The notes: generated by a model from the sequence alone, not told the origin. Positions 37,601-50,864 are shown, counted from the whole stretch's first letter. The stretch: DNA of 61,398 nucleotides, filler included, from Nemertoderma westbladi (GCA_032718475.1; 3 parts of 3 records of this genome joined end to end with filler, not necessarily neighbours in it); one strand, 5' to 3'. Translations and numbers: made by a program.

Positions 37601-38837
37601 TAGGAGTAGCGCTGGTTGCCACAGTGGAAGTGGCACTGGTTGCCGCAGTGGCAGTGGCACTGGTTGCCACAGTGGCAGTCTCGCTGGTTGCCACGGTAGA
37701 AGTAGCGCTGGTTGCCACAGTGGAAGTGGCGCTGGTTGCCACGGTATAAGTAGCGCTGGTTGCCACAGTGGAAGTGGCACTGGTTGCCGCAGTGGCAGTG
37801 GCACTGGTTGCCACAGTGGCAGTGGCGCTGGTTGCCACGGTAGAAGTAGCGCTGGTTGCCACAGTGGAAGTGGCACTGGTTTCCGCAATGGCAGTGGCAC
37901 TGGTTGCCACAGTGGCAGTGGCGCTGGTTGCCACGGTAGAAGTAGCGCTGGTTGCCACAGTGGAAGTGGCACTGGTTGTCACAGTGGCAGTGGCACTGGT
38001 TGCCACGGTAGAAGTAGCGCTGGTTGCCACAGTGGAAGTGGCACTGGTTGCCACGGTAGAAGTGGCACTGGTTGCTACGGTAGAAGTAGCACTGGTTACC
38101 ACAGTGACAGTGGCACTGGTTGCCACGGTAGAAGTAGCACTGGTTGCCACAGTGGAAGTGGCACTGGTTGCCACGGTAGAAGTAGCGCTGGTTGCCACAG
38201 TGGAAGTGGCACTGGTTGTCACAGTGGCAGTGGCACTGGTTGCCACGGTAGAAGTAGCGCTGGTTGCCACAGTGGAAGTGGCACTGGTTGTCACAGTGGC
38301 AGTGGCACTGGTTGCCACGGTAGAAGTAGCGCTGGTTGCCACAGTGGAAGTGGCACTGGTTGCCACGGTAGAAGTGGCACTGGTTGCTACGGTAGAAGTA
38401 GCACTGGTTACCACAGTGACAGTGGCACTGGTTGCCACGGTAGAAGTAGCACTGGTTGCCACAGTGGAAGTGGCACTGGTTGCCACGGTAGAAGTAGCGC
38501 TGGTTGCCACAGTGGAAGTGGCACTGGTTGTCACAGTGGCAGTGGCACTGGTTGCCACGGTAGAAGTAGCGCTGGTTGCCACAGTGGAAGTGGCACTGGT
38601 TGTCACAGTGGCAGTGGCACTGGTTGCCACGGTAGAAGTAGGGCTGGTTGCCGCAGTGGAAGTGGCACTGGTTGCCACAGTGGAAATGAGAAACCTTTCC
38701 ATTAACACGCTTTCCCGCTTTCGTTGTTCTTCCTCCATCCTGCGCCCTTTCCGGCCCTGACTCCTAGATTCTTGCTTTCTTTTTGAATTTTCCATTATTT
38801 TGCAACACGATTTATATATCACGAAATCACAGAACAT
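34657..38837 (-). pseudogene. hAT-superfamily (ZMYM1-like, TTF zinc finger + DUF4371) transposase, frameshifted and 3'-truncated
   Basis: Three consecutive frames: a basic N-terminus (MENSKRKQES...); RKWLLYSPKQDAAFCFCCLL...GFNNWK...HENGKCH; QNLSFHGHRE...NPGN...YYGMMFDTTPDVSHKEQLSEVLRFV...EVFIDF. The C-terminal catalytic and dimerisation part is not seen. Confidence 0.9.
35587..38685. repeat. 24-bp coding-frame minisatellite (~128 units) translating to TSAT(S/A)TVA repeats on the minus strand
   Basis: Unit gtggcactggttgccacagtggca and variants, some 27 bp; open throughout on the minus strand. Confidence 0.97.
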
Positions 38838-39299
38838 TTTATTTATTAAACATATTATTAGTTAACCATAAAATAATATTGCTTATATACAAATATCATT
38901 AGAGGTTCCAGAATACTTGAAATCGAATAACTTGAAATTGAGGGTGATGCAAAATATAACACTGTACCAGAATGATATAACTTTATATAAATGCAATCAA
39001 AGCAATACACTACTATACAGCATAAACCAATCACGGTGCAGCTTGTGTTTCACAACACCTGACTGGGGGTGGGGAGCATGCCCAATAATAAATATCGGAG
39101 TTTGTCCTGTGTTGTCTCCAGCTTCAAGTGATTTCGTCACACTCACAATGGGGGTATCACCCCCCATACCGCACCATGCCCTCGAACATAGTGTTGTTAT
39201 TCAGTTTGAATTATTATATAATAATAAAATATAATTAATATATATTCATTCGGTATTCATTATTGAGCCAGAATATTTCATATTTTTCCATACAAACTA

Positions 39300-40321
39300 C
39301 TAGCAGCTACAAGCGTTTAAATAAGGTGTCTCTGACGATATTGCACCAGTCCCGCTGCAGTTATTCTTCTACTGTACAACAGTACTTTATAGCTGTTTGT
39401 TGGTACTGATGGAAAGCCTGACCATGCAAGGATTCCAAATATGTAACACAAGAGATATGTGCGTTCAAATGTGAATGGTTTTGCACTTGCGCGAGGCTTT
39501 TTTATTCTACTTATACTACAACATATTATTCTGCAATATTTTGTTTATCCTATATGTAGCTGGGCAACAACGCAATTCCTCTTTAATCATACTATTTCAT
39601 AGCTATTCATACAAAAACAAAATGTTCAGAATATTGTGTATATATTATTATTAAATATGTTGAATTAAAAACCCTTGCGCAGGAACAAAACCATGCAACA
39701 TTTGAACGTGCATATCTCAGCTATCTTTTAACGGAATTCGGATTAACTTACGGTACATAATTGGAATCCCAGCACGGACTGCTTTCCAGGGTCCCTACTT
39801 CGCCCTGTCGACACCGCTGCCATTTTTTCACCAGTCCTTTATTAGTGTTTTTTAATGCTCTTTTGGTATTGATGAATGTTCTAGAAAATTCGTAAATATT
39901 TTTTTTAGTGGTAGCTAGTGTTTTTTTTTACTAGCTAGTATTTATTGAAAATTGCAAAAAATAATATAAACTGTAAACTGTTGGTTAAACCTGAAATATC
40001 AATGTTTTAACATTTTTCATAATTTCAATAAATACTAGCTACTGTAGTAAAAAAACACTAGCTACCATAAAAACATATCTGCTTATTTTATAGAACATTT
40101 TCTAGAACAGAAATAAAACATGCTAGAATCAATTTATAATGTATTTCCAAGTACCGGTATAAAATTTGCATTAGAAAAAATCTCATTTTGGGACCCTTTT
40201 GCTTGACAAGGTCCGCTTTCCATCAGTACCAACAAATCACTATAAGGCTGAAGTATAACTGCGGTTGAACTGCTACTGTAGAATATCGTCGGAGAAACCT
40301 TTATTAAACGCTTGTAGCTAG
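39300..40321. mobile_element. Non-autonomous fold-back/TIR element
   Basis: agctacaagcgtttaaataaggtgtctctgacgatatt at ~39306 versus aatatcgtcggagaaacctttattaaacgcttgtagct at ~40283-40319. Inner IR pairs include ttggtactgatggaaagc / gctttccatcagtaccaa and a hairpin at ~39880-40100. Confidence 0.75.
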
Positions 40322-40776
40322 AGATCAAAGCAAAAATAACATTCTGGCTCACCCAGCAAGGAAGAGGGAAGGTGAAACAATCTATGTTTCAAATTTCATG
40401 CAGTCTCAATCATTTGTAGAAAATTTGTTTTGGCGGTGTGTGGGGGGCAGGGGCTTAAAACGACACTGCAGTATATTCCAGGACATGGTGACTATAGGTA
40501 GGTATAAATGAATAATCTACTGCAGAAGTCCAAAGTCTACGACAATTCATGGCTATTTACTATTATTATTAATAATAAGGTTTTATATTTTAGGTAGCTA
40601 CTTTTTTTTATGGTACCCATTGTAGTAAAAAATAAGATATAAATTTAAAAATATAAAATGTTAAGCATACTGTAAACTAATATTATTGTAATTGTGAATT
40701 AAATTATTACATTACTTACACAAAAATTATGAAACTTGTACTTGTGGACCTTATGTGATGGACATCGTGAAGAACG

Positions 40777-42039
40777 ATGGTGGTACATGTTATAAATAGT
40801 GTGGGTGAAGATGTTGGATTGGTAAAGGAAGATAGTGGCAACATGAGGGGGGATAGTGGCAACAAATGGGAAGATAGTGGCAGCATGAAGGAAGATGGTG
40901 GCAGCATGATGGAAGATAGTGACATTATTGTTAAGGAAAATGGTGACAAGATGAATGAAGATGGTGTCAATGTGACGGAAGATAGTGTTGATCTGAAGAA
41001 CGACAGCGACATTGTGAAGGACGATAATGCTGCAATAACAGGGAATACTGTGGAAGTTGCTGATGGCGGAAGTCCCCGGGGAGATATTAATGACGCTTCT
41101 AACCGATGCGGAAGTACATTAATAGATGCAAACCCATGCGGTGATGCCACCATAATACAAAGTACCAATCGCAAACGTAGGGTCACTGATGACACTGCAG
41201 GTGTAGATCGTCCATCAAAAGTATCTCCTAGTTCATCGGTACAACCGGAATGTTCGACGTCCAGGGAGACTGTAGAATCAATCGAGTCGACAAATTCAGA
41301 AAAAAAAACAGTCGAAGAGGAAAAGCTTAAACGAGAAACGCTGAATGCGTTCGATAAGCAACGGATTCAACGGGTCATGGAGAAAGAAACTTTGCTAATT
41401 CGGGCAACAAACCTCAAGTTAGAGGTAGAAGAGGGGAACTGGCGTAGCGATCCGGATGAGGTGAAGAGACGGGTGACAGATGGTTTGGATAGGTTCAGCT
41501 TTAATGAATACGAAGATCTACAGGAGGAATTAGCCGACATAAGGATGCAGCTGGGTGGAGAGAAGGATGAAACCAAAAAGAGAAAGTTTGAGTTGATCAT
41601 TATGGATCTTTCGTGGAAGATCGTCAGATCTAAATGGAATGACACTGAGCAGCGGAGAGCATGGAAGAGGAAGAGGATCCATGATCTGGAGTTATCGCGA
41701 TCAATTTCTGAGCGTGATGCCCTTCGCGATTTGGGATGGTCGGAGGATTTGTTTACGGAGATGGTTAGGCCTGTAATCATCGGATCCTTGGATTGTCCAT
41801 TACGGCTCTCGCTATGCGTAGACCGGTCATTAGCCGACGTTCTATCCCACGTCGGAATTGTGTTCGCCAGCGATCTCGTCCGTGAAGTGGTCGTTAAGGA
41901 CAACTGGGGTAACTTTTTGGATTTTATCCGACGAATCTGTGCCGACCACTCTTTGGTTAACATTTCCGATATATTTATTCGTTGGGCCTTCATCTGGGCC
42001 GCCCAGATACATTTTTTGTCAGAGGAGTTGCCCTGTTAA
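40777..42039 (+). CDS. Uncharacterised 420-aa protein (acidic repetitive N-terminus, charged helical middle)
   Basis: Long intact ATG ORF with higher GC than its AT-rich flanks; no family recognised. Confidence 0.55.
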   Translation: MVVHVINSVGEDVGLVKEDSGNMRGDSGNKWEDSGSMKEDGGSMMEDSDIIVKENGDKMNEDGVNVTEDSVDLKNDSDIVKDDNAAITGNTVEVADGGSPRGDINDASNRCGSTLIDANPCGDATIIQSTNRKRRVTDDTAGVDRPSKVSPSSSVQPECSTSRETVESIESTNSEKKTVEEEKLKRETLNAFDKQRIQRVMEKETLLIRATNLKLEVEEGNWRSDPDEVKRRVTDGLDRFSFNEYEDLQEELADIRMQLGGEKDETKKRKFELIIMDLSWKIVRSKWNDTEQRRAWKRKRIHDLELSRSISERDALRDLGWSEDLFTEMVRPVIIGSLDCPLRLSLCVDRSLADVLSHVGIVFASDLVREVVVKDNWGNFLDFIRRICADHSLVNISDIFIRWAFIWAAQIHFLSEELPC

Positions 42040-43773
42040 TAATATTTAATATAGGGTTTTGTACAAATTAAACACCAGAAAATGCCATGGAGAAATTCAT
42101 TTCATTTATTTAGTAGTATTTCAACATCGCGTTGCTAATGAACCACAATCTCCCCTCAATTCTGGGCGAGAAAAACGCAACTTTAATTTCTGTAGCATTA
42201 CTTCCCTTTGAAATTGTAGACCCTACCAATGCAATACCGTACTGTGTATATTATTTGTTATTGTTTGTTTCACAATCAACCCACAGGAATGTCACCAATT
42301 CTGCACGAGAAATGAAGTTAAAATTACTTCCCCCAAAAAATTGGTTTATTCACGAAAAGTAAATCTCCTACGGCCAAGGATTACGGACAAAGTCTGACAA
42401 CTTATTTCCAGTGCGGTCCCCCTAGATCATGATTTATTATTTATTATTATTATTTCAATTTTCCGAAATTATTTTGGCTCGGATGGTCTTTACTGCGTGC
42501 CTCCGCCAGGAACTACTATCAACCATAAAATAAATTTATCAATTTATTTGTTGATATATTTATTTATCTCGGAACTTTATACTGTATTAGTTAAATTTCG
42601 ATATTTTACAATACTGTACAACATTATTTTGGTAATGTTAAATTAACCGCGTATAAATGTAAGAATCTACATAGATCAGATCGATAAACAATGATTGTGA
42701 CTCATTTTACAGATACAGAAACCTTCAAAATTAAAAACCGATCTTTGACACTGTAAACAAAATGAACATAACTGCCACATCACACTTACCACTCAAATAG
42801 CATCCCCCCCCCCCGCCCCCGCCCTCCACACTCCAGTTACGTTACAATATGCCTGGGAATGGGACACTATAGTACTGCTAGCTTCAATAATTATTGTTAT
42901 TGTCCTTTATGGCAGTATGGAGGAGGGAAATTCGAACATGAACCATATATAGGTAGTCTGATTTGTTGACACCAGTCAGCTGGTCCCGGTACACGGTAGG
43001 GTACAGGGTAGGTGGTAGTTGCTGCGTTGCTGGTATGTATGTATCGCAGTGGCAGTACCGGTACTCAGGTACTACTGGCTGACTGGTACTGCTGTACTGC
43101 ATTATCTCCTGATCTCCGCACCACCGCAGTACACTACACTCAGACACTAGTACACATCTCACAGTCTCACCCGCGCCGCACCACGGTAGGGTACCGTGTA
43201 CGTGTACCGGTAGGCCTACTTCAGACATTCTCTGACTACCTGACTACAGGACTAAGGGCAGCGCCAACTGACCAAACCAAGTGCTGCAGTAAGTGTAGTG
43301 CCGTGCCTGCCTATGTGACTTTAAAGTTTAAGTTGCCTGTACAGCTGTACCTGTACGGGTATGGACGTATGGTAAGTATGCCCAGAAAAGGGAAAGTTGG
43401 CAGGACACAAATAAAAGGAAGAAACTGACAAATTTGTGTAAGTACTACAGCACTAGTACAGTCTGACAGTAGTAACCTGTAACGTAACATTCATACCTGC
43501 TACGCACCTGCACCTTTCGTTTCCTCTCCTTTCCGCAAATTGGACGTATTGCCTGATTGCTGGTACTTACATTCATTGAACCAGTAAACAGTCTGACAGT
43601 AGGGCTACTGGCTACTGCATTCTGCATACTGGTATTTATACTGTCTGACTGTAACCTAAACCTGACAGCCTCACTGTCTGACTAGCGTACTTTAAGTGGC
43701 TTGTGGGGTGTTTGGTTTATTATTTTGGTTAGGGTTAGTTGGTCAGGCCACACCACAACCATCTGACCATATA

Positions 43774-44000
43774 TAAAACTGTCATGTAACCCTAACCCTA
43801 AGTCATAATCTAAGAAATTTAATGGAATTTCTGACATTATTGCCATCTACAGATCTAGGCCCGAAGGGCCATTATTGGCAATAATGTCCGAAATTCCGCT
43901 AAATTTCTTAGATTATGACTTAGACAGTTAGGGTTAGGGCAAGGCCTACTAGAGAAACTTTCTCTAGTAGGCCTTGGGTTAGGGTTACATGACAGTTTTA
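43774..44000. repeat. Nested palindrome with telomere-like CCCTAA/TTAGGG hexamers
   Basis: Outer IR taaaactgtcatgtaaccctaaccc / gggttagggttacatgacagtttta; inner ~45-bp IR around ggcccgaagggcc; second hairpin caaggcctactagagaaa-tttctctagtaggccttg. Confidence 0.85.
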
Positions 44001-44461
44001 ATTATGACAAGAAGTCTTATCTTATCCCGGTGTTTTTCCCTGTTCCCCCCCCCCCCCCCCTTACTATGTACTAGGCCTACCTGCCTGCCTGCTCCTCCCT
44101 CCATAAACTGATATATGTGGAAATTTAAATTTACACAGTAAACTACCGCCTGCCGGTAACATATATTGTGAATACGGACCGGTACAGCAAAGCAAACCGG
44201 CATATTAATTTTATATTTTGTTCTGCTACTCGCTCAATGCTGCTGAGCTGACTCCGCGATGTATCTCTTATCAGCTTATCCGTATTCAGGTATTATGTCC
44301 TAAATAATTGTTCTAGCCCCCCCCCCCCCCCCCCCCTCAGCCTATTTCATATCTATTTTCTCTAATATTATTGGAACTTGGAAGTGCTCTCATTATAATA
44401 TAATGGTACGGTACTGTTGACTGTAATTTAGTAATATTTCACGATTATTAATGTGAATTTC

Positions 44462-44645
44462 ATGGATTCTAAAACGGATAACAACCTATACTCTGAGCTA
44501 CATATGAGTTTAAGGGATCCAAACTTTATATTATCTTGTGATGGAAAAGAATTCGTGGAATCTCTTACTAATAAACTCGGCAAGAACAGACAACGCGAAG
44601 GCGATCGTGGTACCGACTATCTTATGATCACAGCTAATAAAAAAG
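44462..44645 (+). CDS. POP4: POP4/Rpp29 coding exon 1
   Basis: ATG...AAAG|gtaact, 184 nt, phase 1, matching the phase of the acceptor at 46252. LYSEL...EFVESL resembles the Rpp29 N-terminus. Confidence 0.75.
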
Positions 44646-46251
44646 GTAACTATTGTTGAGTTTTATTTTTGTGTGCACCGAATATCATCACTTTTTAATA
44701 TCTGGCCCGACTGATTTCTGGTAAACTTGCGCCGGATATTAAACCTTAATGTTACTAAACGCGGTTAGGGGAACTTTCGACACAATCAAAATTCATCCCT
44801 CTCTAGGGGGGAATCGATGCGGATACTCCTATTATTTCGCTATTACTCCAACAATATAACAGTAACCCTTTAGAGTGTCGGGTCGGTCGTTTATTCATGT
44901 TTTTTAATGAATTGATTAACTATTATAGGAGTTCTGCCCTATGTTCTCTCCAATCTGGCCAAAAAAGGGGGGTCAACACAAGAAATTCGCAATTCATCCA
45001 AACCATTTTTTTATTCTATATTACCTTGTTAATTTTAATACCCCAGAAAAAGTCTATAAAAATATATTATACGGATCACTTTTAATTTCCTGTTTCTTTC
45101 CTTAGCAACATGGATTTTACATAGCAACAGGCAACTATTAGTGGGATTTTAGCCAAACTTGGCGTACACAAACTTTAGTACAATGACTATCGATTGACTG
45201 AACTATGCACTAATACATAGTTTCCAATTTAGTTTCCAGAGCAACGGAAATTTGTATAATAATTTCCTCATTTTTACTATCATTTTCGCTGGTACAAAAT
45301 GGGAAGCTTAAGCTTATTAACACTACTTATCCTCAAAAAGGGTGTATCAGATTTGTCGACCCCAAAAAACCCGTATTCCCAAAAAAATACCCTGCCATGT
45401 GATAAACTATTGTGATTTTCAAATAAATTAATTACACCAAAATTCAATGCAGTAGCAATCCCAATTTTATTTTATTATATGAAAAATCTTCGATAACATT
45501 AATGGCAATTATTACATTTCTCTGCAGTGGAATTATATTATATTTTTGCATCAGTTAATATATCAGTAACATTTTTATATTTAAAATTTTGATGCGACTT
45601 CTAGTTTCCGAGATATAGCAATTAATGTGTAACACGCCAGTGAAAATATTACTGATTTCCCATTGAATCACAGCTTATTGTGAAACTAATTAAATTATTC
45701 TGGAACATCACCAATTTGCTACTCACTCTTCCCTACTGTTCCTTTTGTTTGGCTTGTGTTATGCAAATTTAAGCAGAATTTCTATGAATCTATCAAACAT
45801 ATGATTCGCGAAATAATATTTTATAGACTTTTTTGGTCATTAATAAGGTAATAGAATCCAAAATATGTGGTTCGGATTGATTGCAAATTACGTTATGGTT
45901 TTTTTTTGCTAGATTGACTTGACTATAGTATATACGCCCGGTACTATTATAAGAAATAGGCCCAGCGTATTTATTAATTTAGTTTAATAAATACTTTTAT
46001 TATTTACATTCCGGGCGGGGTAGGACTGTCATTTATTTTTCAAAACTTATTTTTAGTTCTTCTGAGAAAAGTTAGTGAAATATACTTTTTATCTTCCGCC
46101 AATTTATATCTACCGTCGGTATCTATTTAAAATATTAATAATGTCCATATTATTATTATATGTATATTATTAATTTAATAAGTCCCTATAATTCCTCTGG
46201 CACCTCTGAAATAATTTATTAATCGCAATTATTCATATTTAACTTTTCTAG

Positions 46252-46730
46252 AATTTGAAGTGCAAAAGTCGAAAAAAGTAAAGAATCAATCGGAAAGTCA
46301 TTTGACTCGTAAACAACGTCGAATAAAAATCAAATCGGACGAAGTTTCAACTAACCGTCGCTTCCGAGATTTCCAACCTTTGAATCAGTTGTGGGAGGGG
46401 TACATGCGGGACCTTCTTAAGGACTGCACCGATACAGTAAAGGTAGCCAGTCGCGTGGCTCGCGCCAGTATGCAGGGGGCCTTACTCACTGTCGCGCGAT
46501 CAAAGTGCCCCACCTACGTGGGTCTAACTGGATTGGTTATCGATGAGTCTAAGAATGTATTCAAACTCCTTTGCACCGATAATAAGGAGAAGAAACTCCC
46601 CAAGCACTCCTGTGTGTTCTCATTTATTCTGGATAACCGGCTGTACAAGATTTACGGGAATAACTTTCGATTTAAACCTTTCGAAAGGGCCACCAAAAAG
46701 CAAAAGTTTAAGTGCAATATTGAATTGTGA
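46252..46730 (+). CDS. POP4: Ribonuclease P/MRP subunit p29, coding exon 2
   Basis: ttttctag|AA; motifs PLNQLWEGYMRDL, GALLTVARSKCPTYVGLTGLVIDESKN, IYGNNFRFKPFERATKK. AATAAA at ~46789. Confidence 0.93.
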
Positions 46731-47418
46731 TCGGAATAATGTCGTATTTATTACTCGACTTTATAATAATATAATATAATATTTTTAGAAATAAAGTTTA
46801 TTATTGAATTAGAAAATTGGCATAATTTATCGCACATTTTCTTCATACCAAATTTGAGACTTCCATGTCATTTACTCTTAATTTAATTTTATGATAAGTG
46901 TCCGTTCATAAAATATGTTACGGTTTTTTCAGCGAAATTTGGCCCCGCCGTGTTATTAATTTGTTTTTGGGTTATAGTAGTTGGTCTGCCAAGCCCTGCT
47001 GTAATTAAAATTGTCATGCCCCCCCCCCTCCTCCTCCTTAACTTTAAGTCATTTCATGCTCTTCAATATTTATTATGGAATTTCATCTAATAATTTAAGA
47101 AAGACACGTGAAGATCTATGGTCCATAAATGGTCCAAGCGTGGGGTAAATATGGTTCTACATCAGTAGGGATGTGCCGGATTGACTATTTTCAAACCGGC
47201 CAGGCCGGAGCCGGATTTGTAAAAAAAAATCATTTTTTTTATATATCACCATAACCATTTGCACCATAACCTACGGCGATTTGATATTGATAATTTGATA
47301 TAATGGTTGATTTGATGTTGTTAAATGTTAAATATGATAATGAAATGAAATAAAGTGCAAATTGAAAAATAGAAAGAAGTAATAATAGTGGTAGTTTATT
47401 GTATACTATCTCTAACTA

Positions 47419-48124
47419 CTACTACTAGGATCGGCATGCTGCATTGCAGCTGCATTTTTAAGAATGCTGTGCCGGCTTGTCAACAAAATTGCACCGCCAC
47501 AACTCACTATCACCCATGACATTTGCTAGATCATCCGCATCTTCAAGGCCAGTGTCCTTTAAGATGCGTCTCAAGAAAGTCATGGGCTGTCCACCATGCT
47601 TATTCACCCCATGAGGCTGCCAAAGTACAAGATTATGCACTGGCTGGTCCTCACTGCGAAAGCAATGTCCTGCAAAGCGGAGGCGATTTTGTTCTAGTGT
47701 CAAGCTTGGGGAAACCGATGAGACACCTCCAATGTTATATAGTGTCTGGTTGGAGATGTGTGCATTGTACTTGGCACAATGAACCCGGCGTAGCATTCTT
47801 GTGAATGTGCCATCCAGAGATTTGGTGTCCTCAGCAGTTAGAGCCCAGCATGGACTCCCGTAGAGGAGTACTGGAACTACTGCTGCTCTAAATAATCGGA
47901 CCTTAAGTTTCCGATTAATTCTCGGTGACTTCCAAATCCTGGAAAGCCTATTCAAGGCTGCCCATGCCTTTCCATTACGTATTCGAAGGTCCTCACCTGA
48001 CTTCCGGATCCATGATCCCAGGTAACAGAAGTCGTCCACATGCTCAAGCATACGATCCTTTGAGCTTATGCTCATCCGATCAGAGACTTGCTGAGGACTT
48101 TCAAAGTTAACTGTCAGTTAACTT
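47419..48124 (-). mobile_element. 5'-truncated non-LTR retrotransposon (RTE-like clade), copy 1
   Basis: Post-RT region VDDFCYLGS...RLFRAAVVPVLLYGSPCW...RLRFAGH; (TAG)n tail; 10-bp TSD tctctaacta (47409-47418, 48125-48134). Confidence 0.92.
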
Positions 48125-48668
48125 TCTCTAACTAAAGAGATAGGATAACTAAATATCTAATATTCCTAAATTGCCTGTCGAATATAAAAATTGGTCATTC
48201 AAGGTGGTAAAATTAATCTTAATTTATAATAATAGCTACTAGACCTAACATCAACGCTTGGGAGCTGGGACAATATAATAATTATTGACGAGTTATAATT
48301 AGTATATATTATGGGCATACGTGTCTGTTAGTGAGGCTGAGCACAACAAAATAAAAAATTATTATTGGCAAAAAGTAGTCCGTCCGCTCAGCATGTAAAT
48401 AGTCATAAAATGATAGCTTTGGGTTAGACTTGATCATATTCATAATATGAATGAATATGATACAAACTATGAAAAAATTTGTCTTGTATTCCATTGTGTT
48501 TGCTTATGTTTAAATTTATTTGAATTAAAAAGAAAATTAATTTTGATGTTTTTTTTTGAAAATTTACATTAATTGGAAATTTTGTTGTAAAAATTGTACA
48601 ATTCGTTGAAATGAAAATCCGCCCAAAATATTCAATTCCGGCCGGAGCCGGAGACGGAATGCGTTCGT

Positions 48669-48768
48669 NNNNNNNNNNNNNNNNNNNNNNNNNNNNNNNN
48701 NNNNNNNNNNNNTTAATTAATTAANNNNNNNNNNNNNNNNNNNNNNNNNNNNNNNNNNNNNNNNNNNN
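48669..48768. other. Assembly gap with artificial TTAATTAATTAA linker
   Basis: Same structure as the first gap. Confidence 0.95.
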
Positions 48769-49599
48769 TACGTATATGGCACATTCTTTAGGAGATGCTT
48801 TGTTATCAATTACACTCATACACAATGCTCCACAATACTGCACACTAATCTGCCGACCTTCACTAACTTTAGTCACGTATAAAAAGAGCAACATACAATT
48901 TATGTCGGGCATATGAAATAGCATTAGATTCACTTCAAACCACTTAACATAGGTCGCAATCGTTTATCTGTAACCGGTCTCTCTAACCTTTAGTATATCA
49001 AGAAGGTGGGGTATCTGACTATTGATCAGTATTCCGATATAATATTTCATCAACCAATATAATGAATAACCGACAGTAAAAGCAGTAATATTAGTAATTT
49101 ATGGATAGATATGGTATGTTAACTCGAATTGCATTGGTATGGTTAGATAACAGATATACGTTCTATAATTAAGCCTACTAATGTAAAGCTAAAGAATGCT
49201 GATATACGGAGGTGCCAAAAGCCGATGTTCTTAGGCTCTGGGCAAAAACATAACACACACTGAACTACTGAGTTCTGTATCCACCTCCAACACAGAGACA
49301 AAAAACGCTCTGATTGGTCAACCGAACAACGAGAGAACAAAGAAACAAAGAAATGTCGACGTGGCAATATCAGCTGTTAGCCGTCGTCATGGTAGCGACA
49401 CTGTTTTCAAGAGTATCGAGCTTATTGCGTCCCGAAATTGCGGATTATGTCCTCTAAAGTACAAATACAGAAGAAATGGCTTTTATGTCCTCTAAAACAC
49501 CAGTACAGTAAGGACACGGCCCTTTTATGCCCAGTAAACCAACTACAGAGTACTTTACGGGGAAAATAACCGGCTAATTACGCAAAAGCTTTTACAGGA

Positions 49600-49944
49600 T
49601 GAGACGCCAGGATCCGGTATCAGTTTGTCATTGATCGCCATCTAACCAAACTTGTTAACAGCCAACAGTGGAGGTGCAGGATCATCAGCAGCTCTCCACA
49701 AAAGAACTTGCAAACGAGCCCGTTTTACATGTTGTACAGCAGCACTCTGTGTGGGGGGAAGGTTGAATACTTTAGGGTGTTGTTTCTTTGTAGTGAATAG
49801 CCTATGTCGAAGTTCATTCAGAGTTTCCGATATGACAACACCATTGAGGTGTATAATGAACGAGAGGCCTATTTGTAGCCATTCTTCTTCTGTAACATTT
49901 GGATCACAGAAAATCTGCAGAGATTCGTGCAACCTACACAGCAA
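49600..49944 (-). pseudogene. DNA-transposon protein fragment (possibly Academ/XPG-type C-terminal region)
   Basis: LNELRHRLF...LPPTQSAAVQHVKRARLQVLLW...P.P....FG*; the stop falls where this recalled invertebrate motif has GW. Confidence 0.55.
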
Positions 49945-50091
49945 TTTGATTAATTTTATTAAAATACTAGCTATTAAAAAATTTTACTAAAAAACCAAAA
50001 TATTTTATTTACAGTTTTTGCTTATTCTCTTATTCTGGAATATTTTAGAAATTTCAATTTAGCTAAATTCATTTTCAACACAACTAAAACC

Positions 50092-50864
50092 GGGCACTAC
50101 TACAGTATATACGTGTACCCATGACCGGGATTTTTTGTAGTAGCTAGTTTTTGCTACTTTTTTTTATGTTTTTTTTTGTTCTAGAACATTTTTTTTTTAA
50201 TTTTTTAATTCCTAATAATACATCTTAAAATGAAAATCAGTTGCCATTGAAATACTTCAAAATATTATTCTAGAATGTTTTTTAATGTTTACAGAAGTTA
50301 CTGTAGTTCACTTTAACCGTTTTCATTAAATAAAATGCCACATCACGAAACCAAAAGTACTCTAAATATCTAATTATTATTGAGATTTCAAACGAATTGT
50401 CAACGGAGGAGGGTGCAATTAAATTAGCACAATCGTATGGCCTTTTGCCAACCGGTAATGACAAATATTTATTTGAACTGTAACCATAGCAACAATAACA
50501 TAATATCTGGAATTATTTAATAAAATTAGATTGTAGCTGTAATGGAAATATAAAAGAATTGCATAATTTTGAAAACAAATTTTTTTTTAATAATAGCTAA
50601 CTTGGAAAATCACTAGCTAGCCTGATAATTTGTATTTTTTAATGTTATAGATAAATAAACTATTTATTACACATAATAACTAATTTTTATTAAATTTTTA
50701 TTTTTATTTTAAAATGTTCTAGAACAAAAAATATTTGTTCTAGAACATAATTTTTTTTCCTAACAATAGCTGACATGAAATAAAATAGTTCTAAATAAAA
50801 GTAGCAAAAACTAGTTATAGTAAATAAAATATGGTCATGGGTATACATTACTGCAGTAGTGCCC
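50092..50864. mobile_element. MITE with long imperfect TIRs
   Basis: gggcactactacagta...tacccatgacc versus ggtcatgggtatac...ctgcagtagtgccc; further internal IR agctagtttttgctactttt / aaaagtagcaaaaactagtt. Confidence 0.75.

Noticed and set aside
35590-38760. Plus-strand 719-aa and 330-aa Val/Ala ORFs
   Set aside because: Antisense readings of the 24-bp repeat with GTG starts, interrupted by a stop.
41367-41993. 208-aa antisense ORF
   Set aside because: Shadow of the plus-strand ORF with no independent support.
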